From contig CAVPJI010000010.1 of the NCBI GenBank assembly GCA_963705215.1, positions 104,564 through 168,563 of the forward strand: a stretch of 64,000 bases of DNA, given 5' to 3'. The notes under the pieces are model-generated. The model worked only from the letters and a program-made list of their open reading frames with translations, made no database searches and had not been told where the DNA came from. The DNA is from an uncultured Chloroflexia bacterium (GTDB taxonomy: Bacteria > Chloroflexota > Limnocylindria > Limnocylindrales > CSP1-4). The stretch's first letter is position 1, and each line of letters begins with the position of its first letter. Of this stretch, positions 41,105-50,987 are shown piece after piece. The translations under genes were made by a program, and so were the position numbers.

Positions 41105-42070
41105 ATGTCCAGCCTCGCCTTCGTCTTCCCCGGCCAGGGTTCGCAGGCCGTGGGCATGGGACGCGCGCTCGCCACCATCTCGCCCGCCGCCGCCGCCGTC
41201 TTCGCGCAGGCCGACGAGGCGCTCGGAGAGCCCCTCTCCAGGGTCGCCTGGGACGGCCCGGCCGAGGAGCTGGACCTCACGGTCAACGCCCAGCCCGCGC
41301 TGCTGGCAGCCTCGATCGCGTTCCTCCGCGCGCTCCAGGAGCGGAGGGCTGCGGCCGGCCTGGAGCTGCTCGACCCGGCCTTCGCCGCCGGCCATTCCAT
41401 GGGCCAGTACTCCGCCCTCGTGGCCGCCGGCGTGATCTCGCTCGCCGATGGGATCCGCCTCGTGCGCGAGCGCGGCCGCCTCATGCAGGCGTCGGGCGAG
41501 GGACACCCGGGCGCGATGGCCGCGATCATCGGCCTCCCCGACGAGCGCCTCGGCGACCTCGTAGCAGCCGGCGCGGCCCACGGCACGTTCGGCGTCGCGA
41601 ACCGCAACTCGCCCGGCCAGGTCGTCGTCTCCGGCTCGCGGCCCGCCGTCGAAGCCGCGGCGGCCGCCGCCAAGGGGCTGGGCGCCAAGCGCGCCGTTGT
41701 GCTCCCGGTCAGCGTCGCCGCCCACTCGCCCCTCATGGCCGACGCCGCCACGGGCATGCGGGCCGCCCTCGCGGGGGTGGTCTTCGCCAATCCCGCCGTG
41801 CCTCTCCTCGCCAACGCCGACGCGTCCCTCCTGACAACGGCCGAAGCCTGCCGCGCCGAGCTGGTCGACCACCTGACGACCGGCGTCGACTGGATCGCCG
41901 CCGTCACGGCGATGAGCGCCGCCGGCGTGACCCGCTTCGTGGAAGTGGGGCCCGGCCGCGTCCTCTCCGGCCTGATCCGCCGGATCGCGCCGGAAGCCGA
42001 GACGCTGGCCCTCGATGACCCAAACGCCCCGGGTGGCCTCGCCGACCCGGACGCCACGGCGCCGGCCTGA
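41105..42070 (+). CDS. fabD: Malonyl-CoA:ACP transacylase.
   Basis: FVFPGQGSQAVGMG…GHSMGQYSAL (active-site Ser) …AHSPLM. Confidence 0.85.
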   Translation: MSSLAFVFPGQGSQAVGMGRALATISPAAAAVFAQADEALGEPLSRVAWDGPAEELDLTVNAQPALLAASIAFLRALQERRAAAGLELLDPAFAAGHSMGQYSALVAAGVISLADGIRLVRERGRLMQASGEGHPGAMAAIIGLPDERLGDLVAAGAAHGTFGVANRNSPGQVVVSGSRPAVEAAAAAAKGLGAKRAVVLPVSVAAHSPLMADAATGMRAALAGVVFANPAVPLLANADASLLTTAEACRAELVDHLTTGVDWIAAVTAMSAAGVTRFVEVGPGRVLSGLIRRIAPEAETLALDDPNAPGGLADPDATAPA

Positions 42071-42111
42071 CGGCGCCGCGAACGACCCCCGCGACAGGAG
42101 TACCCAGCACC

Positions 42112-43374
42112 GTGCGCAAGCCCGACTTCACCCGCCGCATCGCCGTCACCGGCATGGGCCTCGTCAGCCCGATCGGGGACGAGGTCGACACCGTCTGGAG
42201 CAACCTGGCCAACGGCGTCTCCGGCCTCAAGCGGATCACCTACTGGGATCCCGAGCCGTACGACTGCAAGGTTGCGGGGGAGGTTCCTGACTTCGATCCA
42301 GCCGCCTGGATGAACTTCAAGGAGGCCCGCCGGACGGACCGCAACGTCGTCCTGGGCGTGGCGGCGTCGAAGAAGGCGCTGGCCCACTCCGGCCTCGAGG
42401 TGACCGACGCCAACCGCGACGACATCGGGGTCTACTTCGGATCGGGCGGCGGCGGCTCGAAGCTCATGATGGACAACAAGGAGATCTGGTTCGAGAAGGG
42501 GGCGCGTGCGGTCAGCCCGTTCTTCATCGCCAACATGCTCCCCGACACCGCCTCGGGCCAGATCGCGATCGAGACCGGGATCCGAGGGCCGAACATGTGC
42601 ATCGTGACGGCCTGCTCCACCGGAACCCACAACGTCGGTGAGGCGGCCGAGCTGATCCGGCGGGGCGACGTGGTCGCGGCGATCGCCGGGTCCACCGAGA
42701 CGCCGCTCCATGAGCTGATCCACATCGGCTTCTCCAACATGCGGGGCATGGGCACACCCCGCGAGGGCGACGTGGAGCAGTCGGTCTCGCGACCGTTCGA
42801 CATCTCGCGCAACGGCTTCGTCCTCGGCGAGGGTGCCGGCGCCGTCGTCCTCGAGGACCTGGAGTACGCGAAGGCACGCGGGGCGACCATCTATGCCGAG
42901 GTCGTCGGGTTCGGGTCGGCGGCCGACGCGTGGGATCTCATCCAGCCCGTGGAGAAGGGCGACGGCATCCGCCGGGCGCTGGTCGCCGCCCTCGAGCGCC
43001 ACGACGTGCGGCCCGAGTGGATCGACATGATCAACCCCCACGGGACGTCGACACCGCTGGGCGACCTCCGCGAGGCGCAGGCGTTCTGGGCGGTCTTCGG
43101 CGACCGGACACCCGAGATCAGCATCAGCGCGACCAAGTCGCTGACCGGCCACCTCATGGGCGCCGCCGGCGCGGTCGAGGCCATCTTCACGATCCTCGCC
43201 GTCCACCACCAGGCAGTTCCGGGTGTCCCGACCTTCCGAGATCCGGACCCGGAGATCAACCTCAACGTCCCGGTCGCCACCGTGCAGCGCGAGATCCGCT
43301 ACGCCATCTCCGACAATGTCGGCCTCGGCGGTCACAATGGCGCGGTCGTGTTCAAGCGCTACGAGGGCGACTGA
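42112..43374 (+). CDS. fabF: 3-oxoacyl-ACP synthase I/II (KasA-like).
   Basis: ACSTG (Cys), HGTSTPLGD (His), GHLMGAAG (His). GTG start 42 bp after fabD. Confidence 0.85.
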   Translation: MRKPDFTRRIAVTGMGLVSPIGDEVDTVWSNLANGVSGLKRITYWDPEPYDCKVAGEVPDFDPAAWMNFKEARRTDRNVVLGVAASKKALAHSGLEVTDANRDDIGVYFGSGGGGSKLMMDNKEIWFEKGARAVSPFFIANMLPDTASGQIAIETGIRGPNMCIVTACSTGTHNVGEAAELIRRGDVVAAIAGSTETPLHELIHIGFSNMRGMGTPREGDVEQSVSRPFDISRNGFVLGEGAGAVVLEDLEYAKARGATIYAEVVGFGSAADAWDLIQPVEKGDGIRRALVAALERHDVRPEWIDMINPHGTSTPLGDLREAQAFWAVFGDRTPEISISATKSLTGHLMGAAGAVEAIFTILAVHHQAVPGVPTFRDPDPEINLNVPVATVQREIRYAISDNVGLGGHNGAVVFKRYEGD

Positions 43375-43468
43375 CTCCGGAGGGCGACTGATCCGCCGGC
43401 CACTACAATCCGGCCACCTGCGACGTAACCTGCCCGGTCGGCGACGCCGACCGTCGAGCCCCGAGGAG

Positions 43469-44746
43469 ATGCCCGTGCCGCCCAGCCAGGATCCCGCCCG
43501 TCGCGCCGTGGTGACCGGCCTCGGGGCCGTCATGCCGAACGGGAACGACTTCGAGGCCTACTGGGCGAGCCTCAGGGCCGGCAGGTCGGGCGTGGCCCCG
43601 ATCACCAGCTTCGACGCCTCCGGTTTCGAGATCCGGATCGCCGCCGAGGTCAAGGGCTTCGACCCGGGCACCGGCATGGATCCCAAGATGGCCCGGCGGA
43701 TGAGCCGCTTCATCCACTTCGCGATGGCGGCCGGCAAGGAGGCGATCGCCCACGCCGGCCTCGACTTCGCCGCCATGACGCCCGAGCAGCGGGATCGGGT
43801 GGGCGTCGTCGTGAACACGGGCGGTGGCGGCATCGAGGAGATCATCGAGGGGACGCACACGGCCGACACGCGCGGTCCGCGCTTCGTGAGCCCGTTCGCG
43901 ATCCCGGCCCTGTCGGGCTCGATGGCCGCCTGCATGCTCTCGATGGAGTTCGGCCTGACCGGGCCGGTCATGGCCCAGACGGCCGCCTGCGCAACCTCGA
44001 TCATCGCCTTCCACGACGCGCTTCGCCTGATCCAGTCCGGCGAGGTGGACGTGGTGCTGACGGGCGGCAGCGAGGCGCCGATCCTCCCGGTGGGCATCGC
44101 GGCGCTCGGCAACATGGGCGCCCTCTCGAAGCGCAACGACGACCCGACGCGGGCGAGCCGGCCGTTCGACCGCGATCGCGACGGGTTCGTCCTCGGCGAG
44201 GGCGGGGGCGTCGTCGTCGTGGAATCGCTGGCCCACGCCCTCGCGCGCGGCGCGACCCCGATCGCCGAGATCCTCGGTGGAGCACTGACTGCCGACGCCT
44301 TCCACATCTCCGCCCCGGAGCCGACGGGGCGCGGCGCGACCCGGGCCATGACCATGGCCCGGGAGCACGCCGGCATCACGGCCGACGAGGTGGACTGGGT
44401 CGTGGCCCATGGGACGTCCACGCCACTCAACGACGTGACCGAGACCCGGGCGATCAAGGCGTCGTTCGGACCCGCGGCAGCGAAGGTGGCCATCTCCTCG
44501 CCGAAGTCGATGATCGGGCACCTCGTGGGCGCCGCCGGCATCGCGTCCGTGCTCGCGGCGCTCGGCGGGATCCGCGACCAGGTGATCTCGCCGACGGCCA
44601 ACCACGAGAACCCGGACCTGCCGGAATGCGACCTCGACTACGTGCCGCTGACGGCGCGGAAGGCGAAGGTCGAGACGGTCATGGTCAACGGCTTTGGCTT
44701 CGGCGGCCAGAACGCGGTCGCGATCTTCCGGCGCTACACGGGGTAG
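43469..44746 (+). CDS. Second 3-oxoacyl-ACP synthase II (KasB-like paralogue).
   Basis: ACATS / HGTSTPLND / GHLVGAAG catalytic triad, about 425 aa. Confidence 0.8.
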   Translation: MPVPPSQDPARRAVVTGLGAVMPNGNDFEAYWASLRAGRSGVAPITSFDASGFEIRIAAEVKGFDPGTGMDPKMARRMSRFIHFAMAAGKEAIAHAGLDFAAMTPEQRDRVGVVVNTGGGGIEEIIEGTHTADTRGPRFVSPFAIPALSGSMAACMLSMEFGLTGPVMAQTAACATSIIAFHDALRLIQSGEVDVVLTGGSEAPILPVGIAALGNMGALSKRNDDPTRASRPFDRDRDGFVLGEGGGVVVVESLAHALARGATPIAEILGGALTADAFHISAPEPTGRGATRAMTMAREHAGITADEVDWVVAHGTSTPLNDVTETRAIKASFGPAAAKVAISSPKSMIGHLVGAAGIASVLAALGGIRDQVISPTANHENPDLPECDLDYVPLTARKAKVETVMVNGFGFGGQNAVAIFRRYTG

Positions 44747-44777
44747 TCCGACCCGGCGCCGGGCGTACCATCGACGC

Positions 44778-45291
44778 CATGGGCCGCATCCGCACTCCGG
44801 CGTGGCTCCAGCGTGGCCTCGAGGCCGGCGTCTTCGCCGCGCTGCTCTCCCTGGTCACCGTGCTCGCGCTGGAGTGGGAGCACGCGGGACCCGGGCCCTT
44901 GACCCTGCCGAGCAGCATCGGCGCGGGCCTCGCTCTCGCCCTGCCGGTCTTCTCCCTTGGCGTGCTCGGCGTAGCCTATCCCGTCGCCCTGGCGGCCACG
45001 AAGGGCGACGCCATCCTGGGCGCGATCGTGGCCTGGATCGTGGGCGCCGACCTCCTGGCCATCGTGACGGTCGCCATGGGGCAGCAGCTCCTGCTGGTCG
45101 GGGCGGGCATCACGGTGCCGCTTGGCGTCGTGGCCGGCGTCTTCGCCGCCCCGGCCGCGCTCGGCGGGCTGCTGGCGGCGGAGCTCTTCACCCCGCTCGG
45201 CTTCGGGCGGCGCGCCGGGCGATTCGCCGCGATCGCCGCCGCCGCGATCGCGACGCTGATCCTGCTCTTCGTCGTCCCGCGCGTGGCCTGA
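44778..45291 (+). CDS. Hypothetical polytopic membrane protein.
   Basis: Four or five hydrophobic helices and no recognisable motif. Confidence 0.4.
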
Positions 45292-45358
45292 CCGGGAGCG
45301 GCGCCCGGGTGGTGCGATACTCCGCGAGCGATCCGGACCGCGGATCGCAGGAGGCCTC

Positions 45359-47014
45359 GTGATCGAACTGCTCCCTGTCGGCAGCACGTTCGCCGGCTAC
45401 CAGGTCGATGCCGTCCTCGCCAGGGGTGGGATGGGCGTCGTCTACCTGGCCACCGAGCTGCGGCCCCGCCGGCGCATCGCCCTCAAGCTGATCGCGCCTG
45501 CCGTGGCCGCCGACCCGGCCTACCGGGAGCGCTTCCTGCGCGAGGTCGACGCCCTTGCCGCCCTCGAGCACCCCAACGTCGTCCCGATGCATGCCGCCGG
45601 GGAGTGGGAGGGCCAGCTCTACCTGGCGATGCGGTTTCTCGACGGGCCGGACCTCGCCGAGGTCGTCCGGACCCGCGGCCCCCTGCCGCCCGCGGAGGTC
45701 ATCGTCCTCCTCGCCCCGATCGCCGATGCGCTCGACGTCGCCCACGCCCGCGGGATCGTTCACCGCGACGTCACGCCCTCGAACATCCGCCTCGACGCCC
45801 GCGGCATCCCTTACCTGACCGACTTCGGCCTCACGAAGCGGGCCGCGACCTCGGGTCCGACCGCGCTGACGCTGGGGCCGATGGGGACGCCGGCCTACAT
45901 GGCGCCCGAGCAGTTCGCGCACGACGCCGCGGCGCCGGCGCCGGATCCCGCGCTCGCGCCGCGGGCCGACGTCTACGCCCTCGGGTGCGTGCTCGTCACG
46001 CTCCTGACGGGCACGCCACCGTACCCGCGCGACACCTACGAGGCCGCGCTCTGGGCGCACGTCCACGCGGACCCACCCGCAATCTCGGAACGCGTGCCGG
46101 GTCTCCCCGCCACCCTCGATGCGGTGGTCGCCCGGGCCATCGCCAAGGATCCCGCCGCACGCTTCCCGACGCCCGGCGCCCTCGTCGCCGCCGCGCGGAC
46201 GGCACTCGCCGGAACCGGGCGGGAACCGACGGCATCTCCCACCGCCATCACCGTCGCGGCCGGCGGGCTACCCGACCCATCCAACGCGAAGCGCCGCCGG
46301 GGCCTCGCGCGCGTTGCCGGGACGGTCGGGGCCATCGCGCTCGTGGCAGTTGCCGCCGGCTTCGTCGTCGGCGCCGGGCTGCTCGTCGCCGGATCGGCGG
46401 GCGCCGGGCCCTTCGCGTCGCCGACCCCGCCGGCCGCGGCGGGAGCCCAGCCGACGCCGCGCCTGACTCCCCGGCCCACCCCGCGGCCGACGCCGACGCC
46501 ATCGCCGACTCCGTCCCCCACTCCCTCGCCCACACCGGTTCCCACGCCGCGCGTCGGTGCGCCCGAGAACGTCGCCCGGCTTCGCGCCTGGATTCCGCGC
46601 CAGGTGCGCAACGACTGCAGCTCGGCCGAGGTGACCTACGCGAACGAGCTCGCCGCGCTCGTCTGCTCGGCCAAGGACACGAAGGCGGTGCGTTACACCC
46701 TCTGGGACGACCCGGCCGCCCTCCGGTACCGATGGGACCGGTTTGTCGCGCGGGCGGTGACGACGGCTGGCGGCCGCTGCGAGGCCGGCGAGGAGGCCAC
46801 CGGACCCTGGGGTGACCAGGGCATCTTCGGGCTCTTCGGCGAGACCCGCGGCCTGATCGCCTGCAGCGTCGAGAGCGACGGCGACGCACGCGTCGACTGG
46901 ACCGTCACCGACGCCCCCATCTGGGCGACCCTCTGGCGCGACGACGAGGACATCGCCGCCGCGTACGCCACGTGGTCGGAGGCGCGCCTGAACCCGCTCC
47001 GCGAGCCGCGCTGA
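45359..47014 (+). CDS. Hanks-type Ser/Thr protein kinase with one TM helix and a Cys-containing extracellular C-terminal domain.
   Basis: ARGGMGVVY…ALKLI (Lys), [18 protein letters not shown], and [11 protein letters not shown] helix [22 protein letters not shown] Pro/Thr linker is followed by a domain of about 150 aa with 4 Cys. Confidence 0.8.
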   Translation: MIELLPVGSTFAGYQVDAVLARGGMGVVYLATELRPRRRIALKLIAPAVAADPAYRERFLREVDALAALEHPNVVPMHAAGEWEGQLYLAMRFLDGPDLAEVVRTRGPLPPAEVIVLLAPIADALDVAHARGIVHRDVTPSNIRLDARGIPYLTDFGLTKRAATSGPTALTLGPMGTPAYMAPEQFAHDAAAPAPDPALAPRADVYALGCVLVTLLTGTPPYPRDTYEAALWAHVHADPPAISERVPGLPATLDAVVARAIAKDPAARFPTPGALVAAARTALAGTGREPTASPTAITVAAGGLPDPSNAKRRRGLARVAGTVGAIALVAVAAGFVVGAGLLVAGSAGAGPFASPTPPAAAGAQPTPRLTPRPTPRPTPTPSPTPSPTPSPTPVPTPRVGAPENVARLRAWIPRQVRNDCSSAEVTYANELAALVCSAKDTKAVRYTLWDDPAALRYRWDRFVARAVTTAGGRCEAGEEATGPWGDQGIFGLFGETRGLIACSVESDGDARVDWTVTDAPIWATLWRDDEDIAAAYATWSEARLNPLREPR

Positions 47015-47019
47015 GCCGG

Positions 47020-49846
47020 CTACCTGACCTCGAACACCGCGGCCGCCATCGCCGGCCCGCCCATCGCGTCGGCCCCGGCCATCCCCGCCTCGTCGGCGCC
47101 CGCCCCGTTGGCCGCCGCGGCCGTCTCCTCCGACGGCGCGCACGAGAGCGTGAACGTCCCGGGTTCGGACAGGGCGAAGCGCGCCGACTGCTCTTGGCCC
47201 GGGCGCGGGTTCAGCTCGACCTTGGGCGCGCCCGGCAGGACGCAGAGATGGAGCACGTCGGCATCGTTCGTGAACGTGACCAGGATCTGCTCGCCGGCCG
47301 CGACCTGCCAGACCGGGGCCGGCTCGCCCAGCGCGGACGCCTGCAGCTCCACCGGCACGGCGGTCGCATCGAGCCAGCGGTTGACCCCGATCACGGCCGC
47401 CGCCACACCGACCGCCAGTCCCGCGATCACGGCCAGGTACGCCGCGTCCTTCACCCGCGTCCAGGTCCGGTGCTGGGCGGCGGCGAGGACGGCCGATGGG
47501 CGCGGGTCGTAGCCGCGCAGGCGCAGCGAGTTGGAGATGACGCTCACCGACGAGAGGGCCATCGCGCCGGCCGCCATGGCCGGGTTGAGCGTGATCCCGA
47601 ACGAGCGGGTAGAGGATGCCCATGGCGATCGGGATGAGGGCGACGTTGTAGGCGAACGCCCAGAACAGGTTCTGGCGGATCACCGCCATCGTGCGGCGCG
47701 AGAGGGCGATCGCCGCGACCACGCCGCGCGGGTCACCGCCGACGAGGGTGATGTCGGACGCCTCGATGGCGACGTCGGCGCCGGTGCCGATCGCCACGCC
47801 GAGGTCGGCCGCCGCGAGGGCCGGGGCGTCGTTGATCCCGTCGCCGACCATGGCCACGACCTTGCCGCGGGCATGCAGCTCGTCGACGACCCCCGCCTTG
47901 TCGCCGGGGAGCACCTGGGCGCGGACGCGCTCGGCCGGGATCCCGACCTGCGCCGCGACCGCGAGGGCAGTGGCCCGATGGTCGCCGGTCACCAGCCACG
48001 CCTCGATGCCGGCGGCCCCGAGCGCCCCGACGGCCTCGGCGGATTCGGGCTTGACCGGGTCCGCGATCGCGATCAGGCCAAGTGGCACGCCGTCGGCGGC
48101 CACGAAGACCGGCGTCCACCCGACGGCGGCCTGCGCCTCGCCCGCTGCTGCCAGCCCGTCGCCGCCGGCGGCCGGATCACCCAGGGCGATGCCGCGCTCG
48201 GCCAGGAAGCGGGCGCTGCCGACGAGGATCGTTCGTCCCTCGACCGTCGCCTCGGCGCCGCCGCCCGCAGTCGCGACGAATGCGTCACCGCCGGGGAACG
48301 CGAGCCGGCGCTCGCGCGCCGCCAGGAGGATCGCCGAGGCCAATGGGTGCTCGGAGCCCGCCTCGACTGCCGCGGCCAGGCGGAGGAGGTCGTCCTCGGC
48401 AAGATCGCCGGCGGGAATGAGCGCGGCGACGGCCGGCTTCCCCCGCGTCAGCGTCCCGGTCTTGTCGAGGATCACCGCGGTCACGCGGTGGGCGTTCTCG
48501 AGCGCCTCCCCGCCGCGCACCAGGATCCCGGCCTCGGCGCCGCGACCCGTCCCGACCATGATCGCGGTCGGCGTGGCGAGCCCCATCGCGCAGGGGCAGG
48601 CGATGATCACGACGGTGATGAACGCGGCGAGCGCGAGGGTCAGCTTCGGCTCGGGCCCCAGGAGCCACCAGAGCGCGAAGGTGGCGGCCGCGATCCCGAG
48701 GACGATCGGGACGAAGACGCCGCTGATCTGGTCGGCCAGGCGCTGAATGGGGGCCTTGCTGCCCTGGGCGCGCTGGACCATCTCCACGATCTGGGCGAGG
48801 GCGGTGTCGCGCCCGACGCGGGTGGCCCGCATGACGAAGCTGCCGGTGGTGTTGATCGTGGCCCCGATCACCTCGTCGCCGGGGCCCTTCGTGACCGGCA
48901 TCGCCTCGCCGGTCAGCATCGCCTCGTCGACGGCGCTCGAGCCCTCGCTGACGACGCCGTCGACCGGGACCTTCTCGCCCGGGCGAACGCGCAGGAGGTC
49001 GCCCGGCTGGACCTGCTCGATGGCCACGTCGACATCCCCGTCCGCGCGGACGAGCCGGGCGGTCCTGGCCTGGAGCCCGACCAGGCGGCGGATCGCGCCG
49101 GTCGTGCGGCCCTTCGCCTGCGACTCGAGCCACTTCCCGAGGAGGATCAGGCCGATGATGATCGTGGAGGAGTCGAAGTAGGTCTCCGCGGGCAGGCCGG
49201 CCCGCATGATGACCTCCGGGTACATCGTCACGAAGACCGAGTAACCCCACGCGGCACTCGTGCCGACGGCGACGAGCGTGCTCATGTTCGTGCCGCCGTG
49301 ACGGGCGCTCTTCCAGGCGGCCTGGTAGTAGCGACGTCCGGCCCAGAACTGGATGAGGGTCGCGGGCCAGAGGACGAGCCGATTGACGTCGTGCATCGTC
49401 AGCGGGAGGGGCGCGAACATCAGGACCATGATCCCGATCGCCACGCCGATGCTCGCGGCCGACTGGATCCCGAGCTCGCGCTGCTCGCGGGAGCGGGTCC
49501 GCTCGGTCTCGTCGAGCTCGTCGTCCTTCGTCGCTGTCTCGACCGCGCCGGTCGCCCGCGCCTCGGCGGCCTCGAGCGAACCCGGGCGCACCTCGTAGCC
49601 CGCCTTCTCGATCGCCCCGACGAGCTCGCCACGCCCGACGGTCTCGGGCAGGTAGCGGATCGTGGCCACCTCGGTCGCGAGGTTGACGTTCGCCTCCACG
49701 ACGCCGTCGGTCTTGCGCAGGAACCGCTCGATCCGGTTGCTGCACGACGCGCAGGTCATCCCGACGACAGGGAACGAGACCTCGACGGGCGGCGGTGCCG
49801 ACGGCGGGGCCTGCGGCGTGGGGGTGGTCGGGACGCTGGCGCTCAT
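47020..49846 (-). pseudogene. copA: Cu+-exporting P1B-type ATPase CopA with a frame break near 47600 (between TM7 and TM8). The frame holding TM8 continues into an extra TM helix and a periplasmic beta-rich domain of about 110 aa with a Met-rich tail.
   Basis: [18 protein letters not shown] ([11 protein letters not shown]), [15 protein letters not shown] in ORF 46268..49846. The TM8 motif [20 protein letters not shown] is in the frame of ORF 47020..47577. Between them is …ILYPL(g)FGITLNP…. The tail ends …[21 protein letters not shown]. Confidence 0.75.
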
Positions 49847-50308
49847 ACTCCCCCGGAGTATAACAGGGCATCAAGGCGCCCCGACGGGCGCGCCGAGATG
49901 GTGTCGTGCGGGCGGGTCGTCGGGTTCCACGCCGAACGGGCCGTCAGGACCTTGACCGCGGGGCATGCCCGCCGGACGATGCGGGCATGACGCGCGAGAG
50001 GACGGGCGACCCAAAGGATGGCGACCAGCACGAAGGCGGTGCCCGGTTCGTCCCGGTAGCGGGGTCGTTCGGGACGGCTGCAGTCATCCCGGGACCGATC
50101 ACCGCCGGGCCGCCGCAGCCCGAGCCGGAGGAGCGCTGGACGCTCGCCCCGGGCCACCGGCCGGCCGCTCCGGGTTCCACGGTCGACGAGCCGGTCGAGG
50201 GCGTCGTCGCCAGCCCCGAACCCGTAGAGCCGTAGCCGCGCCGCGCCGCGCTCGGCAGCCGCCCGAACCGGGCGCTTCCCCCCTCGGGCGGGACGCTACA
50301 CTCCGGCG

Positions 50309-50929
50309 ATGCCGCGCCCCGTCGCCACCCCTCCGGCACCTTCGACCACGCGCGCGCCCGCGGTCGTGGCCGTGCTCGCCACGCCGATCGGGCCACTCCA
50401 CGCCGCCGCCACCGACGAGGGGATCGTGGGCCTCGAGCTGCGCACGACCGACGAGGCCTTCGCGGCGTCGGTCGGCGGCCGAACGCGGCGCGCGACGGTG
50501 CCAGCGGCGGACCCTGCCGCGTCCCCCGCCGCCCGCGCCCACCTGGCCGAGCTGGAGCGCGAGATCGCCGAGCACCTCGCCGGCACACGCGCTGCGTTCG
50601 ACCTGCCCGTCGTCCTCGAGGGCATGAGCGACTGGGACCACCGAGTCCTGGGCGGCGTGCGCACGATCCCGCGCGGCGCCACCGCCTCGTACGGCGAGGT
50701 TGCCCGGCGGATCGGGAAGCCGGGCGCGGCGCGGGCCGTAGGGGGAGCCGTAGGCCGGAACCCCATCGGGCTGCTCATCCCCTGCCACCGGGTCATCGCC
50801 GGCGACGGCACGCTCGGCGGCTACGGCGGCAGCTGGTTCGGCAGCCGCGAGGAGCTGCTCGGGCTCAAGGAACGCCTCCTGGAGCTGGAGGGCATCGAGC
50901 CGCCGCCTCGCTCGCAGGCCCGGCGATGA
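50309..50929 (+). CDS. ogt: Methylated-DNA-protein-cysteine methyltransferase (Ogt/MGMT).
   Basis: Active-site PCHRVI motif, GGYGGS…, and the N-terminal MGMT domain. Confidence 0.8.
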   Translation: MPRPVATPPAPSTTRAPAVVAVLATPIGPLHAAATDEGIVGLELRTTDEAFAASVGGRTRRATVPAADPAASPAARAHLAELEREIAEHLAGTRAAFDLPVVLEGMSDWDHRVLGGVRTIPRGATASYGEVARRIGKPGAARAVGGAVGRNPIGLLIPCHRVIAGDGTLGGYGGSWFGSREELLGLKERLLELEGIEPPPRSQARR

Positions 50930-50987
50930 GCGCGCGTCGGGGCCCAGCACAGAGCGCGCCGGGCGGCCACACCATGCGAGCGCCGCG

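Noticed and set aside
47531-49990. 819-aa plus-strand ORF antisense to copA, and similar antisense ORFs such as 11883..13625, 20449..21576, 21581..23089, 23544..25553, 28413..31019, 35997..37733
   Set aside because: Each overlaps a well-supported gene on the opposite strand and has low-complexity R/G/A/P composition. These are GC-skew artefacts.
49847-50308. CsoR/CopY/MerR-type copper regulator or copZ upstream of copA
   Set aside because: The only ORFs in this 460-bp region (for example 49843..50157 on the minus strand) are Arg-rich with no HTH or metal-binding motifs. Only a possible TATACT -10-like hexamer and a GGGGGAG RBS were noted. No operator palindrome was recognised.
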